Of a DNA stretch of 64,000 bases, positions 44,041-55,482 are shown piece after piece. The translations under genes were made by a program, and so were the position numbers. Position 1 is the first letter of the stretch. Every line of letters starts with the position of its first letter. The notes under the pieces are model-generated. The model did not search any database. It was not told where the DNA came from and saw only the letters and a list, made by a program, of their open reading frames with translations. The stretch comes from Schizochytrium sp. TIO01 (taxonomy: Eukaryota; Protista; Bigyra: Labyrinthulomycetes): assembly GCA_004764695.1 (NCBI GenBank), contig SMSO01000035.1, positions 1,550,001 to 1,614,000 of the forward strand, given 5' to 3'.

Positions 44041-45345
44041 TTAAGGGCTGCTCTTGGCGCTCAGCGTTTCGTGAGAGTTGAGCAATTCTGTAGCCCATCT
44101 CCGTTGAGAGGACGTAGGTTCGAAGTGTGGGGATCCGGGAGGGCGTTGATTTGCAAACCGACCAGCCTGCCACTCTGCACGAGCCTTGGCAACAACGTTG
44201 GAAAGCACCTCGTCTCCATGGGCCAAGAGAACTCGCTCCTCAGCAAGCCGCCTCCGTTTGAGGATATAATTAGCACCCATGGCAAGCCCAATACATGCAC
44301 TGATGACCATAAAACCAGTCACAATATGAGGGTGGTGAGAATAAAAGTCTCCTGGAGCATCTCCCCAAGGTGGACCTTCACCCTCAGTTTGTGCGAATAC
44401 CTTCACAATAACACCTACCAAGCTGAGGCTGAGAATCATAGCACATGCAACCGCCCAGCGCGGTCGCCGCTTTCGTGCATTATGTGCTGACACAATTGGC
44501 GAGAGTGCCGATAAGTTCGAGCTTCGCTGTGCCTCAAGATCAATACCCCCACCAATTGTGTATTTCATTTCAGGAGGCTTTATTGCAGGTCCATCTCGTG
44601 AGGTACTATCTGCATCTAGAGACGTGAGTGAAGTCGCAGACTTTGGTGAGCACCCACCCTGCTCACCACCAGTGGCAGCTACAGCCTCTTCGCGTATGAG
44701 AAGCTGTGAGCTTATACCGTCCACATCATCACTTACGACGCTTAATCGGCGCTTGAAATGCGAGCAATCAGAAATCAGCTCTGTGTCTGGTTCGTGGAAA
44801 ATCAAATCGTCATGGTCTGATCTAGAGGAGCGGTTTTCACCTTTATCACTAATTTGACCATAACCTTGACCAAATCTGTAATTATCTGGCACACTCCCTT
44901 CGCTAAATTCATCAGTATTCTTAAATGAGGCCCCGAGGTCAAAACTGCCATCCCGGCTTTCCCTTTCTCTGAACTCATGATCTCTAGTGCCATCCTTAGC
45001 TCTACTCTTTCGGACTGAATTGGTCGTGCTAGTGATTGAGTTGGCATTTGCTTGTGCATTTGCATGTGTAGAACTCTCGAGGAAGTCTTCGTCATTTCGT
45101 TTGGCCCGGTGGCTAAGACTCCCGCTTGAAGAGATACCATTGTGCAAGCTTTGATGACTTTGTACCGAAGAAGTCGATTTCCAGGAGGCTGAACGGCCAC
45201 TGCCAGATGTAGCCTCGTCATCACTAGAGTGACTTGATAGTGACCGCGACAAACGACAAGTTTCCGCAGGACCATCAGAAGTTCTACGTTTTCTGTGCGA
45301 ATCGGGCGTCTTGGAGCTTAAACGTGACCACTTGACAGTATCCAT
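44041..45345 (-). CDS. Hypothetical protein, Ser-rich disordered N-terminus with two C-terminal TM helices
   Basis: 434-aa ORF; TM segments WAVACAMILSLSLVGVIVKVF and IVTGFMVISACIGLAMGANYIL flanked by basic residues. Confidence 0.75.
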   Translation of the reverse strand: MDTVKWSRLSSKTPDSHRKRRTSDGPAETCRLSRSLSSHSSDDEATSGSGRSASWKSTSSVQSHQSLHNGISSSGSLSHRAKRNDEDFLESSTHANAQANANSITSTTNSVRKSRAKDGTRDHEFRERESRDGSFDLGASFKNTDEFSEGSVPDNYRFGQGYGQISDKGENRSSRSDHDDLIFHEPDTELISDCSHFKRRLSVVSDDVDGISSQLLIREEAVAATGGEQGGCSPKSATSLTSLDADSTSRDGPAIKPPEMKYTIGGGIDLEAQRSSNLSALSPIVSAHNARKRRPRWAVACAMILSLSLVGVIVKVFAQTEGEGPPWGDAPGDFYSHHPHIVTGFMVISACIGLAMGANYILKRRRLAEERVLLAHGDEVLSNVVAKARAEWQAGRFANQRPPGSPHFEPTSSQRRWATELLNSHETLSAKSSP

Positions 45346-47650
45346 AGTTCCAAAGTGTGACCGAGCGCCACGTGATGTAACTCAGATGCAGGTAGTCGAT
45401 TGCCGTGTGTTGATAGATAGTTCGTTGCGTTATAGATAGAGACAAAGTGATTCTAGACTTTTGGAGAGCCAATTATTGCTCCAAGTTTCGCTCGAGGAAA
45501 GTATAGAGTAAGCGAAGAAGTATTCACTCCGTGCAGTGTTTCCTTCCTCAGCTAGAGAGATAGGTCGGTAGGAAGACGGGATGATAATGTTGAGGTTTGA
45601 ATGGATGAGTCCGAGGGGGTGAACAAACGCCCCAGCGGGAGGATTGAAATTAAAGGAGCGAGGATCAGCTCCGGTAAGGCTGTGCAGGAAGGTAAGTAGC
45701 TGGTGCCTCCGCCAGAGTGGCCGCAGGAGGCGACGAGAGTTGCCGTCCTGTTGGCGGTCGATCCGGTTGATCAATCCATCCGAATTTGAAGCAATCAAAT
45801 GGGATAGCTACTATTGAGTACCTAGCATTTGAATTATTGTTTGCTTTTAGTTATAGCTCACTTTATTCCCTCAGTGTGACGTACCTATTAAAGTAGAGAT
45901 ATATCCATTTGTTCTACTTGCAAAAAGCCTAATAGTTTAGGCCTAGTTTGTAAAACTGCAGGCCAAGACGATTTTACAAAGCAGAAATAAAGAAATGGAG
46001 ATTCGCAGTATATGCTGTATAGTTAATTTGGTGGAATTCCATGAGCACTTCCTTCGCCAAGGAATGAAAGAAAAGCGAGAACAAAAGGAGTACATTTCAT
46101 GATCGAGTCCTTGAAGTAGTTGTCTGGAGGAGTGGCTAATAGGTTTTCGAAGCAGGTTTAAACAGAGTTACAATCTCTGTATTTAAAGTCCATTCCTATA
46201 CTATAAGTTTGTTTGCTCCAAGGTTCATAGCACGATGAAAGGTATTATTATTTCTATGGGGTATGAGTCAGACTTTTCGAGATCACTTTCTCGAACTTCA
46301 AGATGATAATTTAAGTAGAGATTGCGTCCATTGGGTTAGACTTGTGTCTTGACGGCAGTAAATAACCACCTGACAAGTAAAAAACACTATGGTAGCGTTA
46401 TATGCTGGTTTAACAAGTGCATTCCAATATTTCAACATTCCAAAGCCACGCTTCATAGTGCTACCATCTGCTGAGTTCATACTTTCCACCCTTACTTCCA
46501 CTTACAGGTGCCGATGAGTTGGTCTGTACAACTGGAAATCGTCACTGGAAACGAAAAACTTGAAGAGGTAGAGGATAACAATGTACGGAATTGAGTAAAG
46601 GAAAGCACTAGGTACCTTTCAAGTATGAACGTGAAGTCCCGGGTAAGCTCCACAATGAGCCTGCGTCCACGTCTAAGGTAACTTCCAGTAGAGATAACAA
46701 CGCATCAATTTCCTTCAAGATAAAGAGATGATAAATGAAAGAAATGAAATGTCCCTTGCTTAGATTATACTAGCCAGATAGACACGGAAATGCGTCTTGT
46801 TTTTAAGTGTCGAGATGCAAAGACATTCTCTTGTAAATCTTCATTTCAAAGATTATCAAGACTTCAAAGCTATATTCGCCAGAGCTGCATTTCTCGTACT
46901 AGCTACATTTCCATCGCTTGGATTCCTTTGCGAGCTTAACTCCGAATCCGGTAGCATCCTTTGCTGTGCATTCTTGAGTCCTGTCCTTAAAACTATTACC
47001 TACCACTGATAGATACATAGGTATGTACCTAAGCAAGCGAAGCAGCACCCTAACTACTTATTCTCATTGTTTTGGTTAGATAGTGTCTTAGCACCCACTT
47101 TTTCCTGTTTCCTAGTAGTAATTTTTCACTTGAAATTTTCAAATGCAATGGAGGATCCTCGATGGCAAAAAAATCAGCGAAGTATCATCGTCCAGAACGC
47201 CTTCTCGTCGCAGCCGCTTTTGCGAGCACGGCCTGAGAGCGCGTGCGGAGCAGCGGCGGAGCAGACGATCCCCCGCTAACCCGTGGACGCGCGTCAAATC
47301 GGCTCCACGCCGAAAGCGGTGCTGCAACATCGGCCATTGGTCGAGCGAGCAGCGTCGTTAGGCATTCTTTCTCTCTTCTTCTTTTTTATTCAACTTTTGA
47401 CTGCTCTGTCGGTAACTTTGACGTCTAAGATTTTGTACGTAGGCGTGGCACAAGACCCTTGTGCTATTTTGACGCCTAGTGTCCTGCTATAAACACTGAG
47501 TTTGCTGGAAAGCCTCTAGTAAGTGTTCTTTGGACAGTTGTGATCTGAAGTACTTAGTCTCTGCTGTTTCTTCTTCTATCGATTTATTTCTGCTCGGTCG
47601 ATATAGGTAAGGTTTGGACATCTTGAAGATCTATTGATTAAACTTACACA

Positions 47651-50600
47651 ATGGGAAGAATCATTCGCATTGAGGTGAAGGACTTCAAGTCGTACCGAGG
47701 TCTGCAGACAATTGGGCCCTTCAAGCCTTTTACAGCGATCATTGGCCCAAATGGTGGTGGCAAAAGCAACATGATGGACGCCATCTCGTTCGTGGTTGGT
47801 GTACAGACAAAGCACCTGCGTGGAGAGCAGCTGCGCGATCTGGTGTACAATGCAGATGGTATGCGAGACAAAACCAGGCGCGACGGATTCGTGAAGCTTA
47901 TTTATGAACCCGCAGCCGGTGAGCTAGCTGGTGTAGAGGCCGGGGATGAGCTCGAATTTGGACGCATGATTAACAGCAATGGGTCATGCAGATATACCTT
48001 GCAAGGTCGCACTGTGACTCGTGAAGCGTATGATGCTCGACTCAAGGATATTGGCGTGCTAGTTCGCGCTCGCAACTTTCTCGTATTTCAAGGTGATGTT
48101 GAGTCTATTGCGAGTAAGACCCCAAAACAGCTCACACAGTTCTTTGAAGATATCTCTGGGTCTGGAGCTCTTTCAACAGAGTACGACGACTTGCTTGCAA
48201 AAAAAGAAAAGGCAGAAATTGATACAATTTTTACTTTCCGTCAGAAGAAAGGAATCACTCAAGAGCGCAAGCAAGCTCGTGTGCAGAAGGAGGAAGCTGA
48301 GCGCTTTAACGCGAAACTTCAGGAGTTGAACGAGCAGAAGACGAAGTACTTCCTCATGCAGCTCTGGCAGAATGAACAAGGCATTAAACTACACGAGAAC
48401 CGTATCAAAAATTTGGAGTCGGAGCTTGCAGAGCTTTCCCATCAAGAAACCGTAGTGGAAAGTCACATCGAGGAAAAACGTCGCGAAGCTGCTCAGGCTC
48501 TTCGAGCCACATCTGATGCGGAGCGGAGTGTTCGGCGGGCGCGCACAAGCCTCGCCAAAACTGAGCCTCTTTCCATCAAGGCCCAGGAAACTGTTACTCA
48601 CCTAAAACGCACTTTGGAAGCTGATAAGCAATCTGTAGCAAAAGCTGAGACGGACTTGAAGGAGCAATCTTCAGAGCGCGAGACCTTGGCTCGCGATTTG
48701 GATCGTCTTAATCAAGCTGAGGCTGCTTTGCAAAAGCAACTTGAGGAAGCCGAAGGGGCTGCTTCTCTTTCCCCCGCAAATATGCGGCGACTTCAGGAAA
48801 TCAAAGAGCAAGCCCGCGCCGAGAACGTTGCTCTTCGAGCAGAGCATGCCACGATTCGTCGTGGTTTTGATGTTCGTGCTGAACGCCTTGCTGAGTCTGA
48901 ACGTACAATTCAAAACTTGCAGGAACAAAAGGCACAGCTTATGCAGGAAGAAGAGGGTTTGCGCGAGCGTCTCGAGCGGATGACGCATGCTATCACCTCG
49001 CATGAAGACCAGGTTCAGAGTTCTCGTCAATCTTTGCATAACAAGCAACAAGAATTGAAGATGCTTCGTGAGCAGCGCGAAGAGCATATCCGAGAACTCG
49101 ATAAGGCTAGTGCGATTCTAAATCAGGCTAAGGCATACAGCCAAGAATCCCAGAAGGAACGTAAGATGACAGAGTTTCTTAAGGCTTTGCAATCCCACTT
49201 TCCCGGCGTTAAAGGTCGACTTGTGGATTTGTGCAGTCCCTCAAATCGCAAATATGATTTGGCTATTCAAGTAGCTCTCGGCCGTCACATGGATGCAATT
49301 GTTGTAGACCGTGAGGACACCGGCCTTCAATGTATCAAGTACATGCGTGACAGGCGGGCTGGAGTTGCGACCTTTCTGCCGCTCGATACAATCGAGCCTA
49401 AACGCACACAAGAACGTCATCGACAGCTTGGTCCTAATTTCAAGCTGGCAATTGATCTGCTTGAGTACAATGATGACCTCGACAAAGCCATGCAGTATGC
49501 TCTCGCTGGAGTTGTGATTTGCGATACCCTGCAGGATGCTCGTGATCTTTGTTTTCGTCGCAGAGAGCGTGTTAAGGCAGTCACTATTGATGGGCATATT
49601 ATTAGTACCAATGGTGATATGACTGGCGGCACTGGCCAGGGCTCCCGTGGTCACCAGAATCGTTTTGAGCAGAAGGAACTTGATTCAGCTCGTACCCGAC
49701 GCAACGAAATCCGGCAGGATCTTGAAGAGCTTGAAGATCGAATTGTCCATATCGAAGGTCCTCAGTCTGACATTGCTGTTGGCCGTAACCGCGCCGGTCG
49801 TCTTTCAAATATTGGTCCATTCGGTAGCACCGCATCTCAAGAACCGTCTCTTCAAGACCTTCAAACCGCTATTTCTAACACCCAGAACCGGCTTAAATTT
49901 GCACGTGATAGTTTGGATGAAACCAAAAGGAAGATCAGGGAGATTGCTCAATCAAAACAGAATATTGATAATGAGTTGGAGCGTTGTATTCCCGAACGAG
50001 ATGAAATCTCGCAACAGATTGCACAAGAACGCATTGGGCTTGAGCGTCTTGAGTCACAGATTAAAAACGCTGAAAATGAGCACATTGATGAGTTTGGAAA
50101 AAGCATTGGTATTGCAAATGTACGTGAAGAGGTGGATCGGGCCAACGAGGCGCAGGAAGTTATTCGTAGCAAAATGGCTCGTGTGGCCGAACACAGGCTA
50201 AAGCTGCAAACTCAACATCGCTTTATTGAATCGCGAAAACCAGACCAGCTTCTCGAACGGGCTCGCCAAAAGCTTGAGCAAACTGAAGCACGTCTTGCGC
50301 AACAAGTTGCCGAAGCGGCCAAACTAGCTGAAGAACTCAATGAGTGTAATCGCATGCTTGACGAAGCAGAGATTGCTTACAAGACTCAGAAGCGCGAAGC
50401 TGATGATAAGGCTCTTGAGTCAAAGGAGGCTGCGAACTCGCGAAATGAAATCATTACGCAAAAGGGTCAAATTATGAAAAAACTTACTATGGAAGAGAAC
50501 GAAGCGGAGAAGTTGCGCGCTAAACGTCATGAGACGCTACGAAAAGCTGAGCTTGATCAAGTTGACATCCCTCTGAAAGATGGTCTGTCTAGTCAGAAAC

Positions 50601-51601
50601 GTACTGCGGTGGAGCAAGGAGGTCCTGCTGCCAAAGTTATGCGCTCTACGGAGGGCTCTTCTGTATCCTCTGACCCCAGTGCTATATCTTCCTCTGACCC
50701 TAATTCTTCCGATCCAAGCAGTCTAGAATTCTCTCAACCTGACTCCAAGTATGTCAAACGAGATGAGTATAAGACAGGCAAGATTGATTTCTCCATGCTA
50801 CAAAACGAACCACTATGGCGTAATGAGGAAGATGAAGATGAAGGCAGTGACAATGAAGATGGTGAGCAGGGCGAGTCTTCCAAGTCGAGCTCAAAGGTAC
50901 GCTCTGCGCGCCAAGCTGCTATGCGTACTTTAGATGAGAGTATGAAAAAACTTGCAGAAGAACTCGAGAAAATGCAACCGAATATGAAAGCCGACGAACG
51001 GTTTGCTGATGTCACTGCGCGCTTGAAATCTACAGATGAAAAATTGACCCGTGCGCGTGAGGAAGCTCGCGATATTGAGCTTTCTTTTGAGAATATCAAA
51101 CAGGAGCGCTACGAGAAGTTCATGCATATGTTTGAACATGTCTCCAGCACAATTGAGAAGGTTTATCGTGACCTGACCAAGTCAGATCGTCACCCGCTTG
51201 GCGGTAATGCTTATTTGTCGTTGGATAACACAGACGAGCCTTATCTGGGTGGTATTAAGTATAACGCAATGCCTCCCACAAAGCGCTTTCGAGATATGGA
51301 GCAACTCTCGGGTGGTGAGAAGACTGTTGCTGCGCTTGCACTCCTCTTTGCGATTCACTCATATCACCCTGCACCATTTTTTGTCATGGATGAAGTGGAT
51401 GCCGCTCTTGACAACGTGAATGTCTCCAAGGTTTCTGGCTATATCCAACGCAATTCAAACAACTTTCAGTGTCTTGTCATTTCCCTTAAGGACACATTTT
51501 TCGACCAGGCAGATGCTCTAGTCGGTGTTTATCGTGAAGTGAGTGAAAATTGCTCCAAAACACTTACGCTCGACATGACCTTGTACCCAGAAAAGATTTG
51601 A
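47651..51601 (+). CDS. SMC1: Structural maintenance of chromosomes protein 1 (cohesin)
   Basis: FKSY, Walker A IIGPNGGGKSNMMDAISFV, ARNFLVFQGDVE, hinge GVKGRLVDLC...TFLPLD, PPTKRFRDMEQLSGGEKTVAALALLFA, Walker B/D-loop MDEVDAALD. Confidence 0.97.
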   Translation: MGRIIRIEVKDFKSYRGLQTIGPFKPFTAIIGPNGGGKSNMMDAISFVVGVQTKHLRGEQLRDLVYNADGMRDKTRRDGFVKLIYEPAAGELAGVEAGDELEFGRMINSNGSCRYTLQGRTVTREAYDARLKDIGVLVRARNFLVFQGDVESIASKTPKQLTQFFEDISGSGALSTEYDDLLAKKEKAEIDTIFTFRQKKGITQERKQARVQKEEAERFNAKLQELNEQKTKYFLMQLWQNEQGIKLHENRIKNLESELAELSHQETVVESHIEEKRREAAQALRATSDAERSVRRARTSLAKTEPLSIKAQETVTHLKRTLEADKQSVAKAETDLKEQSSERETLARDLDRLNQAEAALQKQLEEAEGAASLSPANMRRLQEIKEQARAENVALRAEHATIRRGFDVRAERLAESERTIQNLQEQKAQLMQEEEGLRERLERMTHAITSHEDQVQSSRQSLHNKQQELKMLREQREEHIRELDKASAILNQAKAYSQESQKERKMTEFLKALQSHFPGVKGRLVDLCSPSNRKYDLAIQVALGRHMDAIVVDREDTGLQCIKYMRDRRAGVATFLPLDTIEPKRTQERHRQLGPNFKLAIDLLEYNDDLDKAMQYALAGVVICDTLQDARDLCFRRRERVKAVTIDGHIISTNGDMTGGTGQGSRGHQNRFEQKELDSARTRRNEIRQDLEELEDRIVHIEGPQSDIAVGRNRAGRLSNIGPFGSTASQEPSLQDLQTAISNTQNRLKFARDSLDETKRKIREIAQSKQNIDNELERCIPERDEISQQIAQERIGLERLESQIKNAENEHIDEFGKSIGIANVREEVDRANEAQEVIRSKMARVAEHRLKLQTQHRFIESRKPDQLLERARQKLEQTEARLAQQVAEAAKLAEELNECNRMLDEAEIAYKTQKREADDKALESKEAANSRNEIITQKGQIMKKLTMEENEAEKLRAKRHETLRKAELDQVDIPLKDGLSSQKRTAVEQGGPAAKVMRSTEGSSVSSDPSAISSSDPNSSDPSSLEFSQPDSKYVKRDEYKTGKIDFSMLQNEPLWRNEEDEDEGSDNEDGEQGESSKSSSKVRSARQAAMRTLDESMKKLAEELEKMQPNMKADERFADVTARLKSTDEKLTRAREEARDIELSFENIKQERYEKFMHMFEHVSSTIEKVYRDLTKSDRHPLGGNAYLSLDNTDEPYLGGIKYNAMPPTKRFRDMEQLSGGEKTVAALALLFAIHSYHPAPFFVMDEVDAALDNVNVSKVSGYIQRNSNNFQCLVISLKDTFFDQADALVGVYREVSENCSKTLTLDMTLYPEKI

Positions 51602-52848
51602 TGAGGACCACCTTTCGTAAATCAATAACAAAGTTTAACACTCAATTCTTATTCATATACCTGCAACTCTGCTCTATCCATGTTGCTATTTTCTGACATA
51701 CAAACACTTGGTGTCATAAACACTATGCGACAAGGCGTTCTTAACCAGCCAAACCTGCATTCAATCAAAAGCATAGTCCAGGAAGATTCATCGAAACCTC
51801 TTCAGCTACTACAAGAAAGTTGTCAGAAACTTCTCGATAAAGACCTCTTCAATCTTTATTTCGGAAAATGAGAGGAGGCCAGCTTGATTAAAGCTTTCAT
51901 TTGTCCAGGATAGAGATATCTTCCGACTTGAACTTTTTTTGTTTCAATTTTTTCAAGACATTCACGCATTCAAGGGTGAATGCTTGATGCTTGCTCTGAC
52001 TGTCCATGTTTCGTATATTAACGTACCACACCGATGAAGAGCTAGAGTTAAGTAAAGTATGTCTATAGCTACATTTATGTACATAGATGGATAGTAAAGA
52101 TGTTCTCAAGGAATAATCTAGAAACTCCGAAGTTAAGAATTTCAAAGCGCACAGGACACCTGAACGCCTGAATTCTGTAGTGTGAATAATCCTCCATCTA
52201 TATTTCTTTGCGTTTGCTTTTCTTTGTTTGTTAGTTGTTGTTGTTGGCTTGAACCAGTTAAATATGACCTGTGAGATATGGACAGACAAAATGGACTAGC
52301 TAATCCAAGGTGATTTAGGTGTGTACTGCAACGGCCATCTGGCGGCTCACTCACTCAAAAGAATAACTGATAAAGACATCTAAGATAAGCAGACTACGAT
52401 AGGCACATCAAGGGGTACTTAGTGTGAGCAATGTTTTAAGAAGCGTGTAGGAAGTGGCCGGCGCAGCGAAAGTGGGGCAGAGAGAGTTGGCATAGGTTTT
52501 CTGAGAGGGTTAATTAAGGGCAAACCCTACTGAAAAGTCAGACTTTACAAGAGAGCCTGGCATCACTAGCCGCTTAATTCTCTTGTACTATACAAATTAA
52601 GAATAAACATTATCTTGCACGGTAGAGCTGCTTGGGCCGATTAGGGTGCGCTATCGCACCAGCAGAACTGTAATTATTCAGTTAAGTCTCAAATTACTAA
52701 TATCCCTCATAGAAGGGCTGAGGATAAAGGCGAGACCTCTTTAAGCTAGAAGAAGAGCAAAGCAAGGGCAAGTCTGTGAAAGCGGGAGTACGTTCTTCAG
52801 CAAACCTTGGGTTAAAAGCGCAAACGAGTTGTGTTCTGCGAGAGGGAG

Positions 52849-55419
52849 ATGGAATTGCAACTGCCAGAGGCAAGCTCTTTGCTGTTGCGTCGGCAGCGAG
52901 AGCAGCTCGACCCTGAGCCAGAGAATACTCTTACAGCTCAGGAGTTGTGTGACCTTGAGCATGCGGGATGTACTTACGATGGTGGCAAGGATGAAGAGAC
53001 TGTCTCCTTACAAAATCCTTCCATTCCTAGCCAATCCTCCCTTCATTCTGTAGAGTCTATTGCTCAGCAATCTTTGCGTGGCCAAATCTCTGAACATAAA
53101 AAAAATGCCATACTCAGCCGTACAAAAAGTGAGTCCGGTAATGGGCTCGGACGAACGCGGCGGCGCTCTCTTCTGGGCGACCTTAGACAATCAACAATGT
53201 CACTTCGTGGGATTGTTTCTAGTACGTCGAGACGACGAGGTTCCTTTCTTTTGGCCCCACACAGTACAGAGCACATGGAGGAATGGGATGTCCATCCAGA
53301 GCAAGAAATGTCCAAGAGCACTTGCTCGGCAGAGGTTATTTTGCGACTTGTTAAAAGATGTCTCCATGCTTCGCGCTCTTTATCATATTCTAAAAAGAAA
53401 CATATCAGTGGCATGATGGAACTCGAGAATGCCTTACAACAACTTGAGTCTAAGCTAAAGGCTCAAGACGAGGTTTTGGCAAAGTACGCCGACTCTGCAG
53501 AAGTCAAACAATTGTTGCTTGCTTTGCAAGATACCTTGTCATTGCTTCTTCGCAAATATATGAGCATTTCTAAGCGAAAGTACTTTTTAGATGCAGCTTA
53601 TGGAAAACGAATAATGCTCTTGTTACAAAAGTTGACCAATGGCACCAGTGACTTATTCATGGCACTTTCAAGACTAGTCATCGTTGACTCAATCGAGGTT
53701 CAACGAAAAGAATCGCTTGGGAGCAATGAGAATGTGCGTAATATGTGGAATCATGTACGCAGACTCTCGCAAAATGGCCTAATCTCCCAGGTTAATATTG
53801 CGTTGCAGCAGCAGCAGCAGCAGCAGAGTCAACAGGCCGAACGACAACAAAGTTCAAAATCAAAGAACCTGAACAACCTCGAGCAAAGTCTCGTTGAAGT
53901 TCAAGAAACAAAAGAAGACATCGAAGAAACGAAAGCCCCGCCGCTACCGCCCAAAAAATCATCTAAACATTCAAAACGGCGTCATTCACTCAAAAAAGAA
54001 AAACGAAAAGGATCGAGCTCATCCGCTACAGCTTCATCAATGTCATCTGATTTGGAAATACAACCCAATATCCAAGGAAAATCTTCGATTTTTCATGAAT
54101 ATGTAGCAAATAACAATCAAACATCACCTCGATCTCTATATCAAAAGGGGAAGCTCGAGATTCTTCAGCGTAAGTTTGATGTCGAAGGTGGAGATTATCG
54201 ACAAGCAATTGTTTACCTGGCTCAGGCGGCACAAGCTGAATATGTTCCAGCTATGTTGTACCTGGCCCAGATTTATGAAAAAGGCGAAGGTATCGAGAAC
54301 CCTGATCTTGATCTTGCTAAACATTTCTATTCCTGTGCCTTAGCCGCAGGCGATGCAGACGGCAGAGCAGAATTTGCACTATTTCTTCTGCGTCATTATC
54401 CAGAAGAGCATACAGAAGCGCTTCATCTTCTGAAAGAATCAGTTCGTATGGGCAGCGCCAAAGGCGCATGTTTTCTCGGAGAGCTTTACTATGTAGGAAA
54501 GCTAGTTCCGATTAACAAAGCGAAGGCACGAGCTTTGTTTGCATCTGCTGCAGTGAAAGAGAACTCCCGAGCCCAAAATAACTTGGCGGTGCTTCTCATG
54601 GAACAAGACCCAAGATCTGTGGAGGCTCGTAAGCTCTTAGAAATGAGTGCGTCTAAGGGTTTGGTTGTAGCGCGGAATAATCTAGGTCTTCTTTTAGAAG
54701 GAATGGGCTACCGAAATGAGGCATTGAAGGCCTATCAAAAGGCAAGTGAGCAAGGGTATGTCCCAGCTACAGCAAACTATGGGTACCTTCTTACCCTGAT
54801 TGACAATGGTGACGGCACGCACCTTCAAGAAGCAGAAGGCCATCTCCAATCTGCAGCTGTTCAAGGCGTTGCTGAGGCTAACATATATCTCGGTTTTGTG
54901 CTTGATGCAAAAGGAATCTCTGAAAGTGATCGAGCAATGTATCATCTGCAGCTAGGAATTCAGCAAATAACATCCCAGCTTGAGGCTCAACGTAGCCATA
55001 CTAAAGACACGGACCAAATGCTATCGATTCTTAGTCCCGAAAAGCAGACGCAACTTGTGGCTCAGGCTGCTAGCCGCATAGCGGATATTCATTATCGCAA
55101 GCAGGATTATCCCCACGCCACAGCAAAGTATAAATTTGCTGCAAAATTAGGGGACGCTAATGCAATTAATGCTCTAGGGCTCATGTGCGAATCTGGGAAA
55201 TGTACTCGAGGAATTTGCGATTTAGAACGAGCAAAGAACTTCTACACTGCAGCATTTGAGCAAGGGTGTGCAGATGCAGGATTCAACCTTGCGATGCTAG
55301 CATTTCGTGAAAGAAAACTGAAAGAAGCTCGTAATTTCATCAATAAGACTCTCAAGCTGGACAAACTTCATGAAAGAGCCAACGAGCTTGACTCGGAACT
55401 TACAAAGCTCAATATCTGA
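52849..55419 (+). CDS. Sel1-like repeat protein with an upstream helical (MLKL-NTD-like) domain
   Basis: Multiple SLRs (AMLYLAQIYEKGEG...DLDLAKHFY, ACFLGELYYVG, ARNNLGLLL, AINALGLMCESG...DLERAKNFY) and a polyQ linker. First ATG is at 52849. Confidence 0.88.
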   Translation: MELQLPEASSLLLRRQREQLDPEPENTLTAQELCDLEHAGCTYDGGKDEETVSLQNPSIPSQSSLHSVESIAQQSLRGQISEHKKNAILSRTKSESGNGLGRTRRRSLLGDLRQSTMSLRGIVSSTSRRRGSFLLAPHSTEHMEEWDVHPEQEMSKSTCSAEVILRLVKRCLHASRSLSYSKKKHISGMMELENALQQLESKLKAQDEVLAKYADSAEVKQLLLALQDTLSLLLRKYMSISKRKYFLDAAYGKRIMLLLQKLTNGTSDLFMALSRLVIVDSIEVQRKESLGSNENVRNMWNHVRRLSQNGLISQVNIALQQQQQQQSQQAERQQSSKSKNLNNLEQSLVEVQETKEDIEETKAPPLPPKKSSKHSKRRHSLKKEKRKGSSSSATASSMSSDLEIQPNIQGKSSIFHEYVANNNQTSPRSLYQKGKLEILQRKFDVEGGDYRQAIVYLAQAAQAEYVPAMLYLAQIYEKGEGIENPDLDLAKHFYSCALAAGDADGRAEFALFLLRHYPEEHTEALHLLKESVRMGSAKGACFLGELYYVGKLVPINKAKARALFASAAVKENSRAQNNLAVLLMEQDPRSVEARKLLEMSASKGLVVARNNLGLLLEGMGYRNEALKAYQKASEQGYVPATANYGYLLTLIDNGDGTHLQEAEGHLQSAAVQGVAEANIYLGFVLDAKGISESDRAMYHLQLGIQQITSQLEAQRSHTKDTDQMLSILSPEKQTQLVAQAASRIADIHYRKQDYPHATAKYKFAAKLGDANAINALGLMCESGKCTRGICDLERAKNFYTAAFEQGCADAGFNLAMLAFRERKLKEARNFINKTLKLDKLHERANELDSELTKLNI
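53806..53826 (+). repeat. (CAG)7 coding polyQ
   Basis: Directly visible in the linker of the Sel1 protein. Confidence 0.9.
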
Positions 55420-55482
55420 CCCCCAACCACATTGAAAGAATTATTTCAGTATTTATTTTTTTTAAGCTTTTAAATGATAACC

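Noticed and set aside
19492-52646. Scattered AAACCCTA/TTAGGG telo-box-like words in intergenic DNA
   Set aside because: Single copies at a frequency compatible with chance; no tandem telomeric array.
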